Shown here in pieces: positions 24,040-37,309 of a DNA stretch of 64,000 bases. Under the pieces are notes generated by a model. That model did not search any database. It saw only the letters and a list, made by a program, of their open reading frames with translations, and was not told the DNA's origin. Each line of letters opens with the position of its first letter. Within the stretch, counting starts at the first letter, position 1. The DNA comes from Heptranchias perlo (taxonomy: Eukaryota): positions 1,426,001-1,490,000 of the forward strand of contig NW_027139729.1 of assembly GCF_035084215.1 (NCBI RefSeq), in the 5' to 3' direction. Made by a program: the position numbers and the translations under genes.

Positions 24040-27000
24040 TTTTTTTATTCCTTCATGGGATGTGGGCATCGCTGGCGAGGCCGGCATTTATTGCCGATCC
24101 CTAATTGCCCTTGAGATGGTGGTGGTGAACCGCCGCCTTGAAAAGCTGCAGTCCGTGTGGTGAAGGTTCACCCACGGTGCTGTTAGGACGGGAGTTCCAG
24201 GATTTCGACCCAGCGACGATGAAGGAACGGTGATATATTTCCAAGTCGGGATAGTGTGTGACTTGGAAGGGGAACGTGCAGGTGCTGTTGTTCCTATATA
24301 CCTGCTGCTCTTGTCCTTCTAGGTGGTACAGGTCGCGGGTTTGGGAGGTGCTGTCGAAGAAGCCTTGGCGAGTTGCTGCAGTGCATCCTGTGGACTGTAC
24401 ACACTGCAGCCACTGTGCGCCGGTGGTTAAGGGAGTGAATGTTTAGGGTGGTGGATGGGGTGCCAATCAAGCGGGCTGCTTTGTCCTGGGTCGTGACGAG
24501 CTTCTTGAGTGTTGTTGGAGCTGCACTCATCCAGGCAAGTGGAGAGTATTCCATCACACTCCTGACTTGTGCCTTGTAGATGGTGGAAAGGCTTTGGGGA
24601 GTCAGGAGGTGGGTCACCCGCTACAGAATACCCAGCCTCTGACCTGCTTTTATCGCCACTGTATTGATGTGGCTGGTCCATTTAAGTTTCTGGTCAATGG
24701 TGACCCCCAGGATGTTGATGGTGGGGGATTTGGCGATTGTAATGCCGTTGAATGTCAAGGGGAGGTGGTTAGACTCTCTCTTGTTGGAGATAGTCAATGC
24801 CTGGCAATTGTCTGGCGCGAATTTTACTTGCCACTTATGAGTCCAAGCCTGGATGTTGTCCAGGTCTTGCTGCATCCGGGCTCGGACTGCTTCATTATCT
24901 GAGGGGTTGCGAATGGAACTGAACACTGTGCAATCATCAGCGAACATCCCCATGTCTGACCTTATGATGGAGGGAAGGTCATTGATGAAGCATCTGAAGA
25001 TGCTTGGGACTAAGACACTTCCCTGATGAACTCCTGCAGCAATGCCCTGGGGTTGAGATGATTGGCCTCCAACAACCACTACCATCTTCCTTTGTGCTCG
25101 GTATGACTCCAGCAACTTGAGAGTTTTCCCCCTGATTCCGATTGACTTCTATATACTAGGGCTCCTTGGTGCCAAACTCGGTCAATAGCCTTTGCTGTAT
25201 CCAGTGCACTCAGCCGTTTCTTGATATCACGTGGAGTGAATCGAATTGGCTGAAGACTGGCTTCTGTGATGGTGGAGATATCAGGAGGAGTCAGAGATGG
25301 ATCATCTACTCGGCACTTCTGGCTGAAGATGGTTGCAAACGCTTCGGCCTTGTCTTTTGCACTCATGTGCTGGACTCCACCATCATTGAGGATGGGGATG
25401 TTCACAGAGCCTCCTCCTCCCGTTAGTTGTTTAATTGTCCACCACCATTCACGACTGGATGTGGCAGGACTGCAGAGCTTTGATCTGAGTCGTAGGTTGT
25501 GAACTCGCTTAGCTCTGTCTGTAGCATGTTGCTTCCGCTGTTTAGCATGCATGTAGTCCTGAGTTGTAGCTTCACCAGGTTGGCACCTCATTTTTAGGTA
25601 CGCCTGGTGCTGCCCCTGGCTTGCTCTTCTACACCCTTCATTGAACTAGGATTGATCCCCTGGCTTGTTGGTAATGGTAGAGTGAGGAATATGCTGGGCC
25701 ATGAGGTTACAGATTGTGCTGAAATACAATTCTGCTGCTGCCGCTGGCTCACATTGCCTCACGGATGCCCAGTTTTGAGCTGCTAGATCAAGAAGATAGA
25801 TGAGGGCTGTGCAGTAGACGTGGTCTATATGGACTTTCGCAAAGCCTTTGACAAGGTACCGCATAGTAGGTTGTTAGATAAGGTTAGACCTCACGGGATC
25901 CAAGGTGAGGTAGCCAATTGGATACAAATTGGATTGACGGCAGAAGACAGAGGGTGGTTGTCGAGGGTTGTTATTCAAACTGGAGGCCTGTGACCAGCGG
26001 TGTGCCTCAGGAATCGGTGTTGGGTCCGCTGTTATTTGTTATTTATATTAATGATTTGGATGAGAATTTAGGAGGCATGGTTAGTAAGTTTGCAGATGAC
26101 ACCAAGATTGGTGGCATTGTGGACAGTGAAGAAGGTTATCTTGGATTGCAACGGGATCTTGATAAATTGGGCCAGTGGGCCGATGAATGGCAGATGGAGT
26201 TAAATTTAGATAAATGTGAGGTGATGCATTTTGGTAGATCGAATCGGGCCAGGACCTACTCCGTTAATGGTGGGGCGTTGGGGAGAGTTATAGAACAAAG
26301 AGATCGAGGAGTACAGGTTCATAGCTCCTTGAAAGTGGAGTCACAGGTGGATAGGGTGGTGAAGAAGGCATTTAGCATGCTTGGTTTCAATCGTCAGAAC
26401 TTTGAATACAGGAGTTGGGATGTCTTGTTGAAGTTGTACAAGACATTAGTTAGGCCACACTTGGAATACTGTGTACAGTTCTGGTCACCCTATTATAGAA
26501 AGGATATTATTGAACTAGAAAGAGTGCAGAAAAGATTTACTAGTGTGCTACCGGGACTTGATGGTTTGACTTATAGGGAGAGGTTGGATAGACTGAGACT
26601 TTTTTCCCTGGAGAGTAGGAGGTTAAGGGGTGATTTTATAGAAGTCTATAAAATAATGAGGGGCATAGATAAGGTCGATAGTCAAAATCTTTTCCCAAAG
26701 GTAGGGGAGTCTATAACGAGGGGGCATCGATTTAAGGTGAGAGGGGAGAGATACAAAAGGGTCCAGAGGGGCAATTTTTTTCACTCAAAGGGTGGTGAGT
26801 GTCTGGAACGAGCTGCCAGAGGCAGTAGTAGAGGCGGATACAATTTTGTCTTTTAAAAAGCATTTGGACAGTTACATGGGTAAGATGGGTATAGAGGGAT
26901 ATGGGCCAAGTGCAGGCAATTGGGACTAGCTTAGTGTTATAAACTGGGCGACATGGACATGTTGGGCCGAAGGGGCTGTTTCCATGTTGTAAACTTCTAT

Positions 27001-27525
27001 GATTCTATGATTCTATGTTCTGAATCTATCCCATTTAGCACGTTGGTAGTGCCACACAACACGTTGAATGGTGTCCTCAGTGCGAACACGGGACTTCGTC
27101 TCCACGAGGACGATGCGGTGGTCACTCCGACCAATACTGTAATTGACAGATGCATTTGCGACAGGTAGATTGGTGAGGACGAGGTCAAGCAGGTTTTTCC
27201 TCATGTTGGTTCGCTCACTACCTGCCGCAGGCCCAGTCTGGCAGCTATATCCTTCAGGACTCGGCCAGCTCGGTCAGTCGTGGCGCTACCGAGCCACTCT
27301 TGGTGATGGGCATTGAAGTCGCCCATCCAGAGTACATTTTGTGCCCTTGCTACCCTCAGTGCTTCCTCCAAGTGGTGCTCAACATGGAGGAGGACTGATT
27401 CATCAGCTGAGGGAGGACGGTAGGTGGTAATCAGCAGGAGGTTTCCTTGCCCATGTTTGACCTGATGCCACGAGATTTCATGGGTACCAGAGTCAATGTT
27501 GAGGACTCCCAGGGCCACTCCCTGC
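24040..27525 (-). mobile_element. Non-LTR retrotransposon (CR1/L2 supergroup, APE endonuclease + RT), disrupted and split by a nested CR1
   Basis: APE motifs YRPPS/GDFNAHH (27201-27500) and LDLVLTN; RT QGSVL...FADD (24621-25115); C-terminal IYKAQVRSVMEY; A-rich 3' end at ~24040. Confidence 0.88.
25788..27016 (+). mobile_element. 5'-truncated CR1 LINE with a largely open RT ORF, nested in the older LINE
   Basis: ORF 25918-26856 (VTSGVPQESVLGP...KFADDTK...RPHLEYCVQFWSP); 3' tail (TTCTATGA)n at ~26995-27016. Confidence 0.92.
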
Positions 27526-27845
27526 TTGGATTCCAGTTGAAGGAGCTGTCCACGACCGACTGTTACCGAATGGCACACTCCAAGGTCCAGGAGTATGTTC
27601 TGAGGGACGCACTGAAGTGAGGTGCTGCCGACGTAAAGGTTCTTTGAGGAAAGGCGACCATGTAAGGACATGTCACTTTGTATGGTACAGAATCTATTAG
27701 AAGATCTGTACTGTGTTTTGAATTGTAATAATGAGATCTTAGTGTGCACGATCTGTATTGTATTGTTTTGAACGGTAATTGTGACATTTTCATTGAAATG
27801 TGTGTATCATTAAATTTTATGAAATAAAGCATATTTTGAAATTTT
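27526..27845 (+). mobile_element. L1/Tx1-type LINE 3' end fragment
   Basis: Homologous to 34330-34560 and 59400-59700; ends TTTTATGAAATAAAGCATATTTTGAAA. Confidence 0.65.
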
Positions 27846-27859
27846 AATAAAATCTTGTG

Positions 27860-29100
27860 GCACAAACAGACCAATCACTAAAAGTAGCGACGCAGGTTTA
27901 CAAAAAGTCGAGTCAAGCACTGAGGTTCAATTCTAGAGGGATAGAATTGATAAACAAAGAAGTTATGTTAAACTTGTGTGGAGCCTTGGTTCGGCCACAC
28001 TTGGATTATTGTGCACAGTCTGGTCTCCATATTATAGAAAGGATATACAGGGATTGGAGAGGGTGCAGAAAAGATTCACAGGGATGATACCAGAACTGAG
28101 GGGATATCCTAATCAGGAAAGGCTGAACAGGCTGGGACTCTTTTCTTTTGAAAAGAGAAGGCTGAGGGGTGAACTGATAGAAGTCTTTAAGATAATGATA
28201 GAATTTGGTCGGGTAGATGAAGAGAAAATGCTTCCACTTGGGAGGGAGTATAAAATTAGAGTTCATAAATATAAGACTGTCACTAATAAATCCAATATGG
28301 AATTCAGGTAAAACTTCTTTACCGAATGAGTGGTAAGAATGTGCAATGCGCTACCACAAGGGGTAGTTGAGGGAAATAACGTCGATGCATTTAAGGGGAA
28401 GGTAGATGAGCACAAGAGGCATAATGGAATATCGTATCCTGATAGGGTTAGATGGAGTAGGGAGGGAGGAGGCTCGTATGGAGCATACATGCTGGCATAA
28501 ACAAGTTGGACCGAATGGCCTGTTTCTGTGCTGTAATTTCGAAGTAACTCGATGGAACTCAATGTAATATTTTGGGGGTGGTGGAAGAGCAGAGGGACCT
28601 GGGGACGCATATTCACAAATCTTTGAAGGTGGCAGGGCAAGTTGATAAGGTGGTTAAGGAAGCGAATGGGATACACGGGTTTGGAAAGAGGGGCATTGAA
28701 TACACAAATAGGGAAGTCATGTTAAAACCTTACAAAAGACTGGTTAGGCCTCAGCTGGAGTATTGTATCCAACACTGGGCACCACATTTTAAGAAGGATG
28801 TAAAGGCCTTGGAGAGGGTACAGAGGAGAGTTACCAGTGTGATACCAGGGATGAGGGACTTCAGTTATGTGGAGAGACTGGAGAAGCTGGGCTTGTTCTC
28901 CTGAGAGCAGAAAAGGTTAAGGGGAATTAAAAAAGAGGTGATCAAAATAATGAGGCGTTTTTATAGAGCAAATAGGGGTAATTAAATAATTGGATTGATA
29001 ACCAGAGGTCATCGGTTTTCAATAATTGGCAAAACAACTAGAGGGGAAATAAGGAGAACATTTTTCACACCGAGTGTTGTTAAGCACTGCCTGAAAGGAT
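27860..29100 (+). mobile_element. Two tandem CR1 3' fragments
   Basis: ORFs 27976-28311 and 28572-28904 carry CR1 RT C-terminal motifs. Confidence 0.8.
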
Positions 29101-29600
29101 GGGGACACTTTTAGAGGCTGTCTTCGTGTCAACATTCATATTTTCACTGGGAAACTGCAGGAACAGAATGAAACGGGTCTGCTTGTGTCCCTGGATTCAA
29201 TGTATAATGTGGAGAAATCTATAAAATTTATAATTGAATCGGTAAAAGTGAACATGGTCAATACAATTATATGAAAACTGTAAATGAAGCCGCTCATTGT
29301 TGGACCAGTCCTTTCTGAGCACAGCTTTTAACTTTATTCTTGAGAGAAGTCTCATTAAGACAAGGTTCTGAACTTTGAGAAGTTTGTGATATATCCACGT
29401 CATCATTTACATCGGAGTCAAAGCTGCTGATGTGGCCTGTTTGTTCAAATGACTGTAACTAATAGCAATGATCAGGGGTATAACCGTGTCAGTGGAGATT
29501 TACCCCCTGTATAAATCAGGGATCGCTGTAATGAATCCACACAGAGTGCCTGCCGGAGCTGCGGTTTCCAGGCCAACAGAAATCATTGCTTCTCACAGAA

Positions 29601-29670
29601 ATGGGATATTCAGTAATGTATCTGATAGAATGTATTTATTATCCAGTTCTCGCAGCCGTTGGAGTTCCAG
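29601..29670 (+). CDS. GPR139/GPR142-like GPCR, coding exon 1 (MGYSVMYLIECIYYPVLAAVGVP)
   Basis: ATG at 29601; 70-nt exon ending CCAG/GTAAG (phase 1); TATAAA at ~29510; encodes the missing start of TM1. Confidence 0.85.
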
Positions 29671-31954
29671 GTAAGCCATTATCTCAGCTGTTCATGGTGT
29701 AAATCGTTATTAAATCTGCTGCTGTACTTTATACTTTTTTTTTCTCCCATCATGTATTACACAATGGACTGTTCTGTCCTCAGTCTCTGCTCTTTTGGTC
29801 TTGGAGCAGCTGCATTATATGCTTTACGATTTTGTTTATCCAATTCTGGCATTGTTACTGGATTATTCTCTGTGCTGATTGTATTGGAATCAGGTGTCTG
29901 GGCTAAGAGCTGGTATCAGACCATCAGGAGTTGTTCACAGTTTCATGTTGATCACCTGGAATATTTTTTTCATAAACGTGTTTTTAGTGATTGATAATGA
30001 GACAGCTCACGGTCTCAGTGTTACAAGGAGGCAGCGCAATGTCCTCCGTCCACAATAATATGGTTCAGTTTAACTGGGATTTCAATGTTTTTATTGGTTA
30101 TCACTATTCTGAAAGTTTATTTCATTGTGTGTGTATCTGACGCCGCTTCAGATGTCTGCCTATTGAACTAAGTTTGCAGCTGATCCTTTTACACCTCATT
30201 CTCTGCTTCACTGTCGATGAATTCACTGTAAAATGCAATGTTTTGATGTTATGTTGTATCAGTTTGCACTTTATCTGTTGGAATCATGGGCCCTTCTATT
30301 TATCTGCAGACTTTCAGCAGCAGCGGTGATGTTGGCGTTTTGTTAATTGAACAATGCCGCCATCTAACGCTGTACTTTGTAATTACAGGAGAAGGAATTT
30401 CAATTGTTGTGAGGTGTGTCTGGAAGTGGCATTCAATTCTGTTCATTCCATGCATTGTAGATGAAGTGAACAGTGTAGGTGAACAGGTGGAGAACGGGAT
30501 GATCTGTAGAAACATTAAACCGTTCACAGAGACTTCACCATTAAACAAACTTACACTAAGAATAGGATCTTTGGAACACGGGGCTGGTGAGGAGAAAGCA
30601 GGCGCAGGATGTTAGGATTTACTCGGATGTCAAAAGGGGCATTGAGAAAGAAATTAGAGAGAGCGGAGAGTTAGAGAGGAGCGACAGAGAACGCGACTGA
30701 GAAGGAAAATGAGAGAGAGGGGGCAGAAGAAACGAGAGACAGACAGACAGACGCACACACACTCAGAATGAGAGCGAGAGGGGAAGAGAGAGAGAGAGCA
30801 GCAGCGGTGTGAATAATTCATCGGAATGAACTGCGAAACTTCCAGTACAATTGTGAAGAGGAAATGTGACTTCAAAGTTTTATTAGGATGTTGTCAGATT
30901 GTGAGAGTTTTATTGTACTCTCTCCGGGTGTGTTTATCACGATCAGATCCTCAGTCTGTTTATGTGAATGTTCCTTTGACTTGTTTACTGACTGAATACA
31001 TGGACATAAATCAAATGTATTTGAAGAATAAAATCAGTGATTTTTTGATCGCAGTGAATTATTAGAATACTGTATTCCAGAGGATGTATATTTCAGCTTA
31101 ATTCAACAAAGAACGGGGCAAATTTAATCAATGCATTTTAATTTAATTTCAGTTGCATGTACAAAGTAAATTTGTTGTACACATTATGTAGCCAACGAAC
31201 TATTCACTGACACCAATAATCACAAAAATATAATGGTTGAATTTATTAATTGGATTGTGAGTTGGACCTATCGATCAGATTTCCTCCAACACTCTGCTGC
31301 AGTCTCTCCCTGTGAATCCCAGCCTCTCCTCCCACTGCATTGAATCCTCTGTCTCCTCATCCGTTACTTCTGTTTATCCGCTTTCACAAACTATCTGCTC
31401 CTGTCTCCCCTCCAGCTCCGACATGTCCTTTTCTTTGTCTCCCTCCCAATTTCACTCACTGGCTCGGCCCACAGCTGCCCCTTCCAATCCGATTCGAAGT
31501 ATAAAACTTACCGACGCGGATATTGGTCTTTCCCGTTTTGTGCCGGCCCCTGTCGGCTCTCTTCATCCAGAGCAACAAACCAGCAGCACCTCCCGTTGTC
31601 CCCTCACCTTCTCGGCCATCAGTCACTTTCCCTTCTGTCTGGAACCCAAATCCGCATTTCATCGGTTCAGGAAAGCACCTTCTCACTTCCCCACCGGCAC
31701 TGCGCCCTCTCTCGGCCCTTCCAGTGGATCCGGTGTTCAATTTATTCACTTTCTGTATCAATTTCCCAATTCATTGTTTATAATTGTGTTTAAAAACATT
31801 TCTCCGCCCGAAAGCGCTGCCCAGGTCAGTGAATCAGTTTCCACCGTTTGATGCAGCAACAAAGCTGGAAATTTCACCCCAGATCCTCTCAAACTGCTGC
31901 TTTGGCTCCAGGTTTGATCAGTAATTTCTCTCCTTCCGTTTCTCTCTCTTACAG

Positions 31955-32844
31955 TTAACTTGGTGGCGATTGTAATCCTGTCCCGAGGAAAGTGCGGACT
32001 CTCTAAATGTATCACTCGCTACCTGGTGGGAATGGCGGCGGCCGATCTCCTGGTCGTTATCACTGATGTCATAATGTGTCGCATTGTTGTTATTTATTTC
32101 CCAGTTTCATTCTTGACCATTACCCCCGTGTGTCGTCTCATTCTCACCCTGAGTTTAGCAGTCACAGTGGCCTCTGTCTGGTTTACAGTGGTTTTCACCT
32201 TTGATCGATTTGTGGCCATTTGTTGTCAGAAGCTGAAAACAAAATATTGCACCGAGAAAACGGCGGCTGTTGTTATCGGGGTGGTGAGTGCGCTGAGCTG
32301 TTTACTAAACATTCCCATGTACTTTGTAATTGGCCCGGAATATATAATGGACAATGTACCTCGGGGTTGTGTCTTTAAACCGACATTTTTCACTTCACCC
32401 ACATTTGCTGCGTTTGACTTGTTTCATCTTGTGTTAACTCCTTGTCTTCCATTCATTCTGATTTTGCTGTTCAATGTTCTCACCGCCAGGCACATTTTAG
32501 CGGCCAGCAGAGCCCGCAGGGGACTCCGGGGCCGCAGCAATGGAGAGAATCACAAGGATCCAGAGATGGAGAACCGAAGGAAATCCATCATTTTACTTTT
32601 CAGTATATCAGGCAGTTTTATATTGTTATGGAGCGCAGAAGTTTTTTATTTTATCTCTCTGCGTATAACAGACGCCCAGTTCTATACGGTCAGTGACATT
32701 GAGTCAGCCGGATTCATGCTTCAACTTCTCAGTTCCTGCACCAACACTTGTATTTATGCTGTGACCCAGACTAAATTCAGAGAGGAGCTGAAGAACGGGG
32801 TGAAATACCCACTGAATCTAATTGTTACATTAGTTAAATCATAG
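31955..32844 (+). CDS. GPR139/GPR142-like class A GPCR, coding exon 2 (319 aa in total)
   Basis: Acceptor TCTCTCTCTTACAG/TT; G+TT=Val joins in frame to NLVAIVIL; motifs MAAADL, FTFDRFVAIC, LLSSCTNTCIY; AATAAA at ~32875. Confidence 0.9.
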
Positions 32845-34329
32845 AAACGTCTGAAGTCTTTCCATCCGAAATTAAATAAAAAGTTAATTAGAGTCAATTA
32901 GAGTTTCACGTTTGGCGGTGGCCTAAGACGGGCGGTAGCGGATCGGGCGCCCGTTATTCACCGCGCTTGATTTTACTATCTATTGACATCAATGAGTTCA
33001 CTAAAGTAACTGATATCAATCGAATACTTGAAATAAATTTGGAAAAAAGCAGACAGGAATTATATTTTACCCGACAAATGCGGTGTTTGTGAAATGATAC
33101 AAGATGTGATTCTAACATGAAATTATTTGCTGTTATTAGTCTGGAAATAATATGATTTCAATATTAAATGTTTAATCCTGAAATGAATAAAATCAAATCC
33201 TCCTTTTCGATTGATGATTATTTCCCATCATACAGACTGCCCGGTGGGATGGACTGAGGGTGAGCTGTCAGGGTCAGACAGCGTCCTGTTCATTGGGACA
33301 TTTGTTTTGACCAGAACAGAATAATAATGGACCAACACCCGGACCGTTACTAACTGGTAAAATATTAATGTAATTTCAAATTCCAGTGCGGAGTTCCGGA
33401 GATCGTTTCCTCTCTGAGCTGCTGGGCAGCAATGTTTACTCACTGCAGGGAGTTTAATGGGACATGAGGCTGGGCCTGGTTACACAGATCAATAAGGAAA
33501 CCTCCTGACACATTTCTGAGACGATCAGGGGCCGGGAGATTTCTCACGGCCTCAGCAGGCCAAGGGAAAGCTCTCCTGCTCATCCTTACTCCAAAAAATA
33601 TAAGTTAAAAATAAACTTCTCAGTGTTCTGGATCACTCAATGCCCATCGATAGGGCGGCTCCTCCTCCCATTCGTCACCAAATTTAAATACTGTCCCAGA
33701 TACGTCACAATACTCTGATTTACATATTACACGTGGTCTGACCCGGAAACAGGTGGGTGTTGCTCCGGCCGCTCTTCTCAGGACCCGACCCACGGTGGTG
33801 GAGGCAGGAACTCCAACGTTAAAGGGGCGGTAAGTGACCTGACACCATTTACTCGCCTCTACCACCCCATTTCCGCCAGGCGGGGATAGTTAAAATCGGC
33901 CACACTTTTCCTGACCTCCGCCCTAATATCAATCTTCGAAGCCCACAAGCTGGTCCATTGTCTCAAACTGCACCGGTTCACAACACGTGGAGGGAAATTT
34001 TCACCATCGCTGGGGGCTGAACTGGTGGAGCGGATCACCCCCCCCCCCCCAACCCCCCGCTGAAAGAACCGGCCCGATTTTAATTTCTGCTCCGTCAGTT
34101 TACCGCCCAAGCAGTGAAGGTGAAATTACCCCCTACGTCTCTGACCCCAAGCTTCTACAGGTGTGTGAAAGACATCAGACAGTGTTTGCCAAACACTAAC
34201 ATGAATGTGGGCGAATGGATCCATGTATTCGGGCAAAAGGTGATAACCCCCCTCCATAGAGACAGGATCCCTATACCATGGAGTCGAAGAGGGGTGCACC
34301 CCCGACAGCAGTGGGACACACTGAAGCGA

Positions 34330-34562
34330 GGTGCGGCCTAGGCAAAGGCTCTATGGGGAAAGGCCACTGAGTAAGGCTCTTTCACCTTGTATTGTACATC
34401 ATGTCTTAGAAAATATATACTGTGTGTTGAATTGTAAAAATTGAATCGTAGTGTGCACGATCTGTATTGATTATTTTGAATTGTAACTGTGATATTTACA
34501 TTGAACTGTGTGCATCCATAAATTTTATGAAATAAACTATATTTTGAAATACAAAAAAAAAG
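34330..34562 (+). mobile_element. L1/Tx1-type LINE 3' end with A tail
   Basis: AATAAA plus A8 at ~34530-34561; reverse-complement match to 59400-59640. Confidence 0.65.
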
Positions 34563-35399
34563 TTCCAGTCTCACCGTCTCTGTTGTCAGTGGACAGTGAA
34601 GAGAGTAAATACTAAAGATGTGGGGAGTAATGGAACGAGTATCTATAGGGACTGTAGGGGAGCAAAGGGGTTTGGTGTCCAGGTACACCAAACAATAAAG
34701 GTCTGTTATTATTGGATGGTGAAGAGTGGAAAGCGAGCGCACCATGTACCAAAAATAACATTGAAGATCCCAATTTCTAGGCTGTCATATCGCAATGAAT
34801 AGAAAGATATGCTGATAGGGTTGGATGAAGAAGGGTGACAGGAGGCTCATGTGGAGCATAATCCCCGGCATGGACCTTCTGCACATTCTATGTAATTCTA
34901 TTGCTGGCACCAGGTGAGAAATAGGAGAATTTTCCTAATGGTGAGAAATTGGGGACTGTCGAGGAGCAAAGAGGCTTAGGTGTCCAGGTACAGCAATCAA
35001 AAAAACTAGTGCACATGCACCAAAAATTATTTTAAATTTCGAGGCTGTCGTATCCCAAGGTACCACTTTCAGCTCTCTGGAATTTGCTGATACAATCAGG
35101 CCCCACTGCCTCACTCGCTGGTCCATTCCATACATCCAGCGCCATCTGCATTAAAAAAAGGTACATTCAAGCATTCTGCTCATCCAATACCCCAGGTAGA
35201 GAAGACTAATAGTGCCGGGAGGACCCAGACCATCAGCCTTATGTGAGTTTAGACATTTCTGTTTTAAATTCAGCTTATTGTATTTGCAGTTTTTTTTCCT
35301 TTTTTGCTGCATTTCTAATTTTATTTCATTCTTGCACGTTTTGCATTTTGAACAAATTCTCCAAACCCTGTCCGCAGTGAGTGCTGAATCCGGTCACTT

Positions 35400-35810
35400 T
35401 GATTGACAGCTCTCTCCTCCCCCCGTCTCCTGGGCTGACACCTTCCACCACGTGACACTCTGAAGCGTCACACACGTTTTCGCGCTGACGTCACGAGGCG
35501 TATGCGCCGCTCGGGCCAGAGGGATGCCGCACATGCGCCGCGCGGTTCCTGTGCCGCGTTCCCTCAGCAACAGGCCGGCGCCGGGAAGATGACGGCGGGC
35601 GGGCGGTGCTGTGGGCGGGGGCGAGGCCGACAGAGGGAGGGCCCGCACCCGGGAGTGGCCTGAGAGGGGAGGGTGGAGTGACGGGGGGAGTTACTCGGGG
35701 CCTCCTGAATCTCCACTCTGTCAGCGCCCCGTGTCGAGCTGGGCTCGGGGGGGAGTCACTCTCCCGCCTCCCCGTCAAACGGGCCGTGGGTCGGAGCCCA
35801 AAAGTGAGCG
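35400..35810 (+). promoter_or_regulatory. CpG island with promoter-like motifs (copy C)
   Basis: E-box CACGTG (~35448), CRE TGACGTCA (~35486), GCACATGCGC, YY1-like AAGATGACGGC, GC boxes; inverted paralogue at ~58330-58790. Confidence 0.55.
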
Positions 35811-35830
35811 AGAATCAAACAGCACAGAGA

Positions 35831-35995
35831 GAGGCCGCTCGGCCCATCGCGCCTGTGCCGGCTCTGTGAAAGAGGCCGCTCGGCCCATCGCGCCTGTGCC
35901 GGCTCTGTGAAAGAGGCCGCTCGGCCCATCGCGCCTCTCCTGGCTCTTTGAAAGAGGCCGCTCGGCCCATCGCGCCTGTGCCGGCCCTGTGAAAG
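35831..35995. repeat. 41-bp tandem repeat x4 derived from a CR1 3' UTR hairpin region
   Basis: GAGGCCGCTCGGCCCATCGCGCCTGTGCCGGCTCTGTGAAA at 35831, 35872, 35913, 35954; continues into a minus-strand CR1 fragment to ~36450. Confidence 0.85.
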
Positions 35996-36799
35996 AGCGA
36001 TCCCATTAGTCCCACTCCCCCTGCTCTTTCCCCACAGTCCCGCAAATTTCCGCCCTTCAAGGATTGACCCGATTCCCTTTTGAAAGTTATTATTGAATCT
36101 GCTCCCACCGCCCTTTCAGGCAGTGAATTCCAGGTCAGAACAACTCGCTGCCTAAAAACATTCTCCTCATCTCCCTCTGGCTCTTTTCCCAATTCCCTTC
36201 AATCTGTGTCCTCTGGTTACCGACCCTCCCGCCTGTGGCAACAGTTTCTCCCCATCGACTCCATCAAAACCCCTCCTCATTTTCAACCCCTCTATTAAAT
36301 CTCCCCTTAACCGTCTCTGCTCCAAGGAGAACAATCCCAGCTTCTCCAGTCTCTCCCGGTAACTGAAGTCCCTCATCCCCGGTACCATTCTGGTAAATCT
36401 CCCCTGAACCTTCTCTGCTCCAAAGAGAGTAATCGCAGCTTCTCTATTCTCTCCACATAATTATTATTATTTATTAAGTGGGTTGTGCTGGGTATCTGGA
36501 AGCTGTAATTCGGTGAGTAGAAAGCAGTGGGAGGATAAGTCTGCAGATTGATTTTGGGAGATGGTGAAGACGGCGATCGTGGATTCAGACAAAGGAGGGA
36601 GGTGGTCTTTGAGACCGTCCGTGCTCTGTTGTAAGATCTCACTGTGTGTGTCTTGTTCCAAAAGTTCCCATTTGTACCTGTGACCTGACTGGCGAAGTCT
36701 GCGAACTTGACTGCTGCTGTGAACCTGACTGTTCCTCCGCGGACATCAGTGTCTTCCCCACTTGTCTGCCGGGCAGTGAACCGTAAGTTTATGTTTGTG

Positions 36800-36912
36800 T
36801 GTTACTACATTGGCTACCGATCCGACAAAGGCTCGATTTTAAGACACTCATCCTCGTATTCAAATCCCTCCATGGTCCTCGCCCCCTCCCTATCTCTGTA
36901 ACCTCCTCCAAC
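36800..36912 (+). mobile_element. L2 LINE ORF2 fragment
   Basis: Translates to LHWLPIRQRLDFKTLILVFKSLHG; a similar fragment lies at ~1-125. Confidence 0.65.
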
Positions 36913-37004
36913 CGAATTAATCTCCACCGACAACCCCATGTCACTCCACCCGATCATGGATTCTACCCCACCCATTTATCTCCGCGCACAGCCCATATAC
37001 ACTC

Positions 37005-37300
37005 GACGCACAGTCAGTGCTGGAACACTCAGTCTTGTTATACACACAGTCAGTGCTGGGACACTCTGTCCTGTTATACACATTGTCAGTGTTGGGACAC
37101 TCAGTTCTGTTATACACATTGTCAGTGCTGGGACACTCATGTCTGTTATACACACAGTCAGTGCTGGGACACTCAGTCCTGTTATACACACAGTCAGTGC
37201 TGGGACAATCAGTCCTGTTATACAGTCAGGGCTGGGCCATTCAGTCCTGTTATACACACACTCAGCGCTGAAACACTCAGTCCTGTTATACACAGTCATA
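37005..37300. repeat. 36-bp minisatellite, ~8 units
   Basis: CAGTCAGTGCTGGGACACTCAGTCCTGTTATACACA; reverse complement of the array at 57243-58031. Confidence 0.9.
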
Positions 37301-37309
37301 TAAATAAAT

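Noticed and set aside
31312-31851. 179-aa Ser/Pro-rich ORF
   Set aside because: Lies in the GPCR intron, is pyrimidine-rich and has no recognisable domain
33480-34330. Possible Harbinger-like MITE ends (GTTAAAATCGGCC and GGCCCGATTTTAA)
   Set aside because: Could not pair the termini or find TSDs by eye, so not reported as a feature
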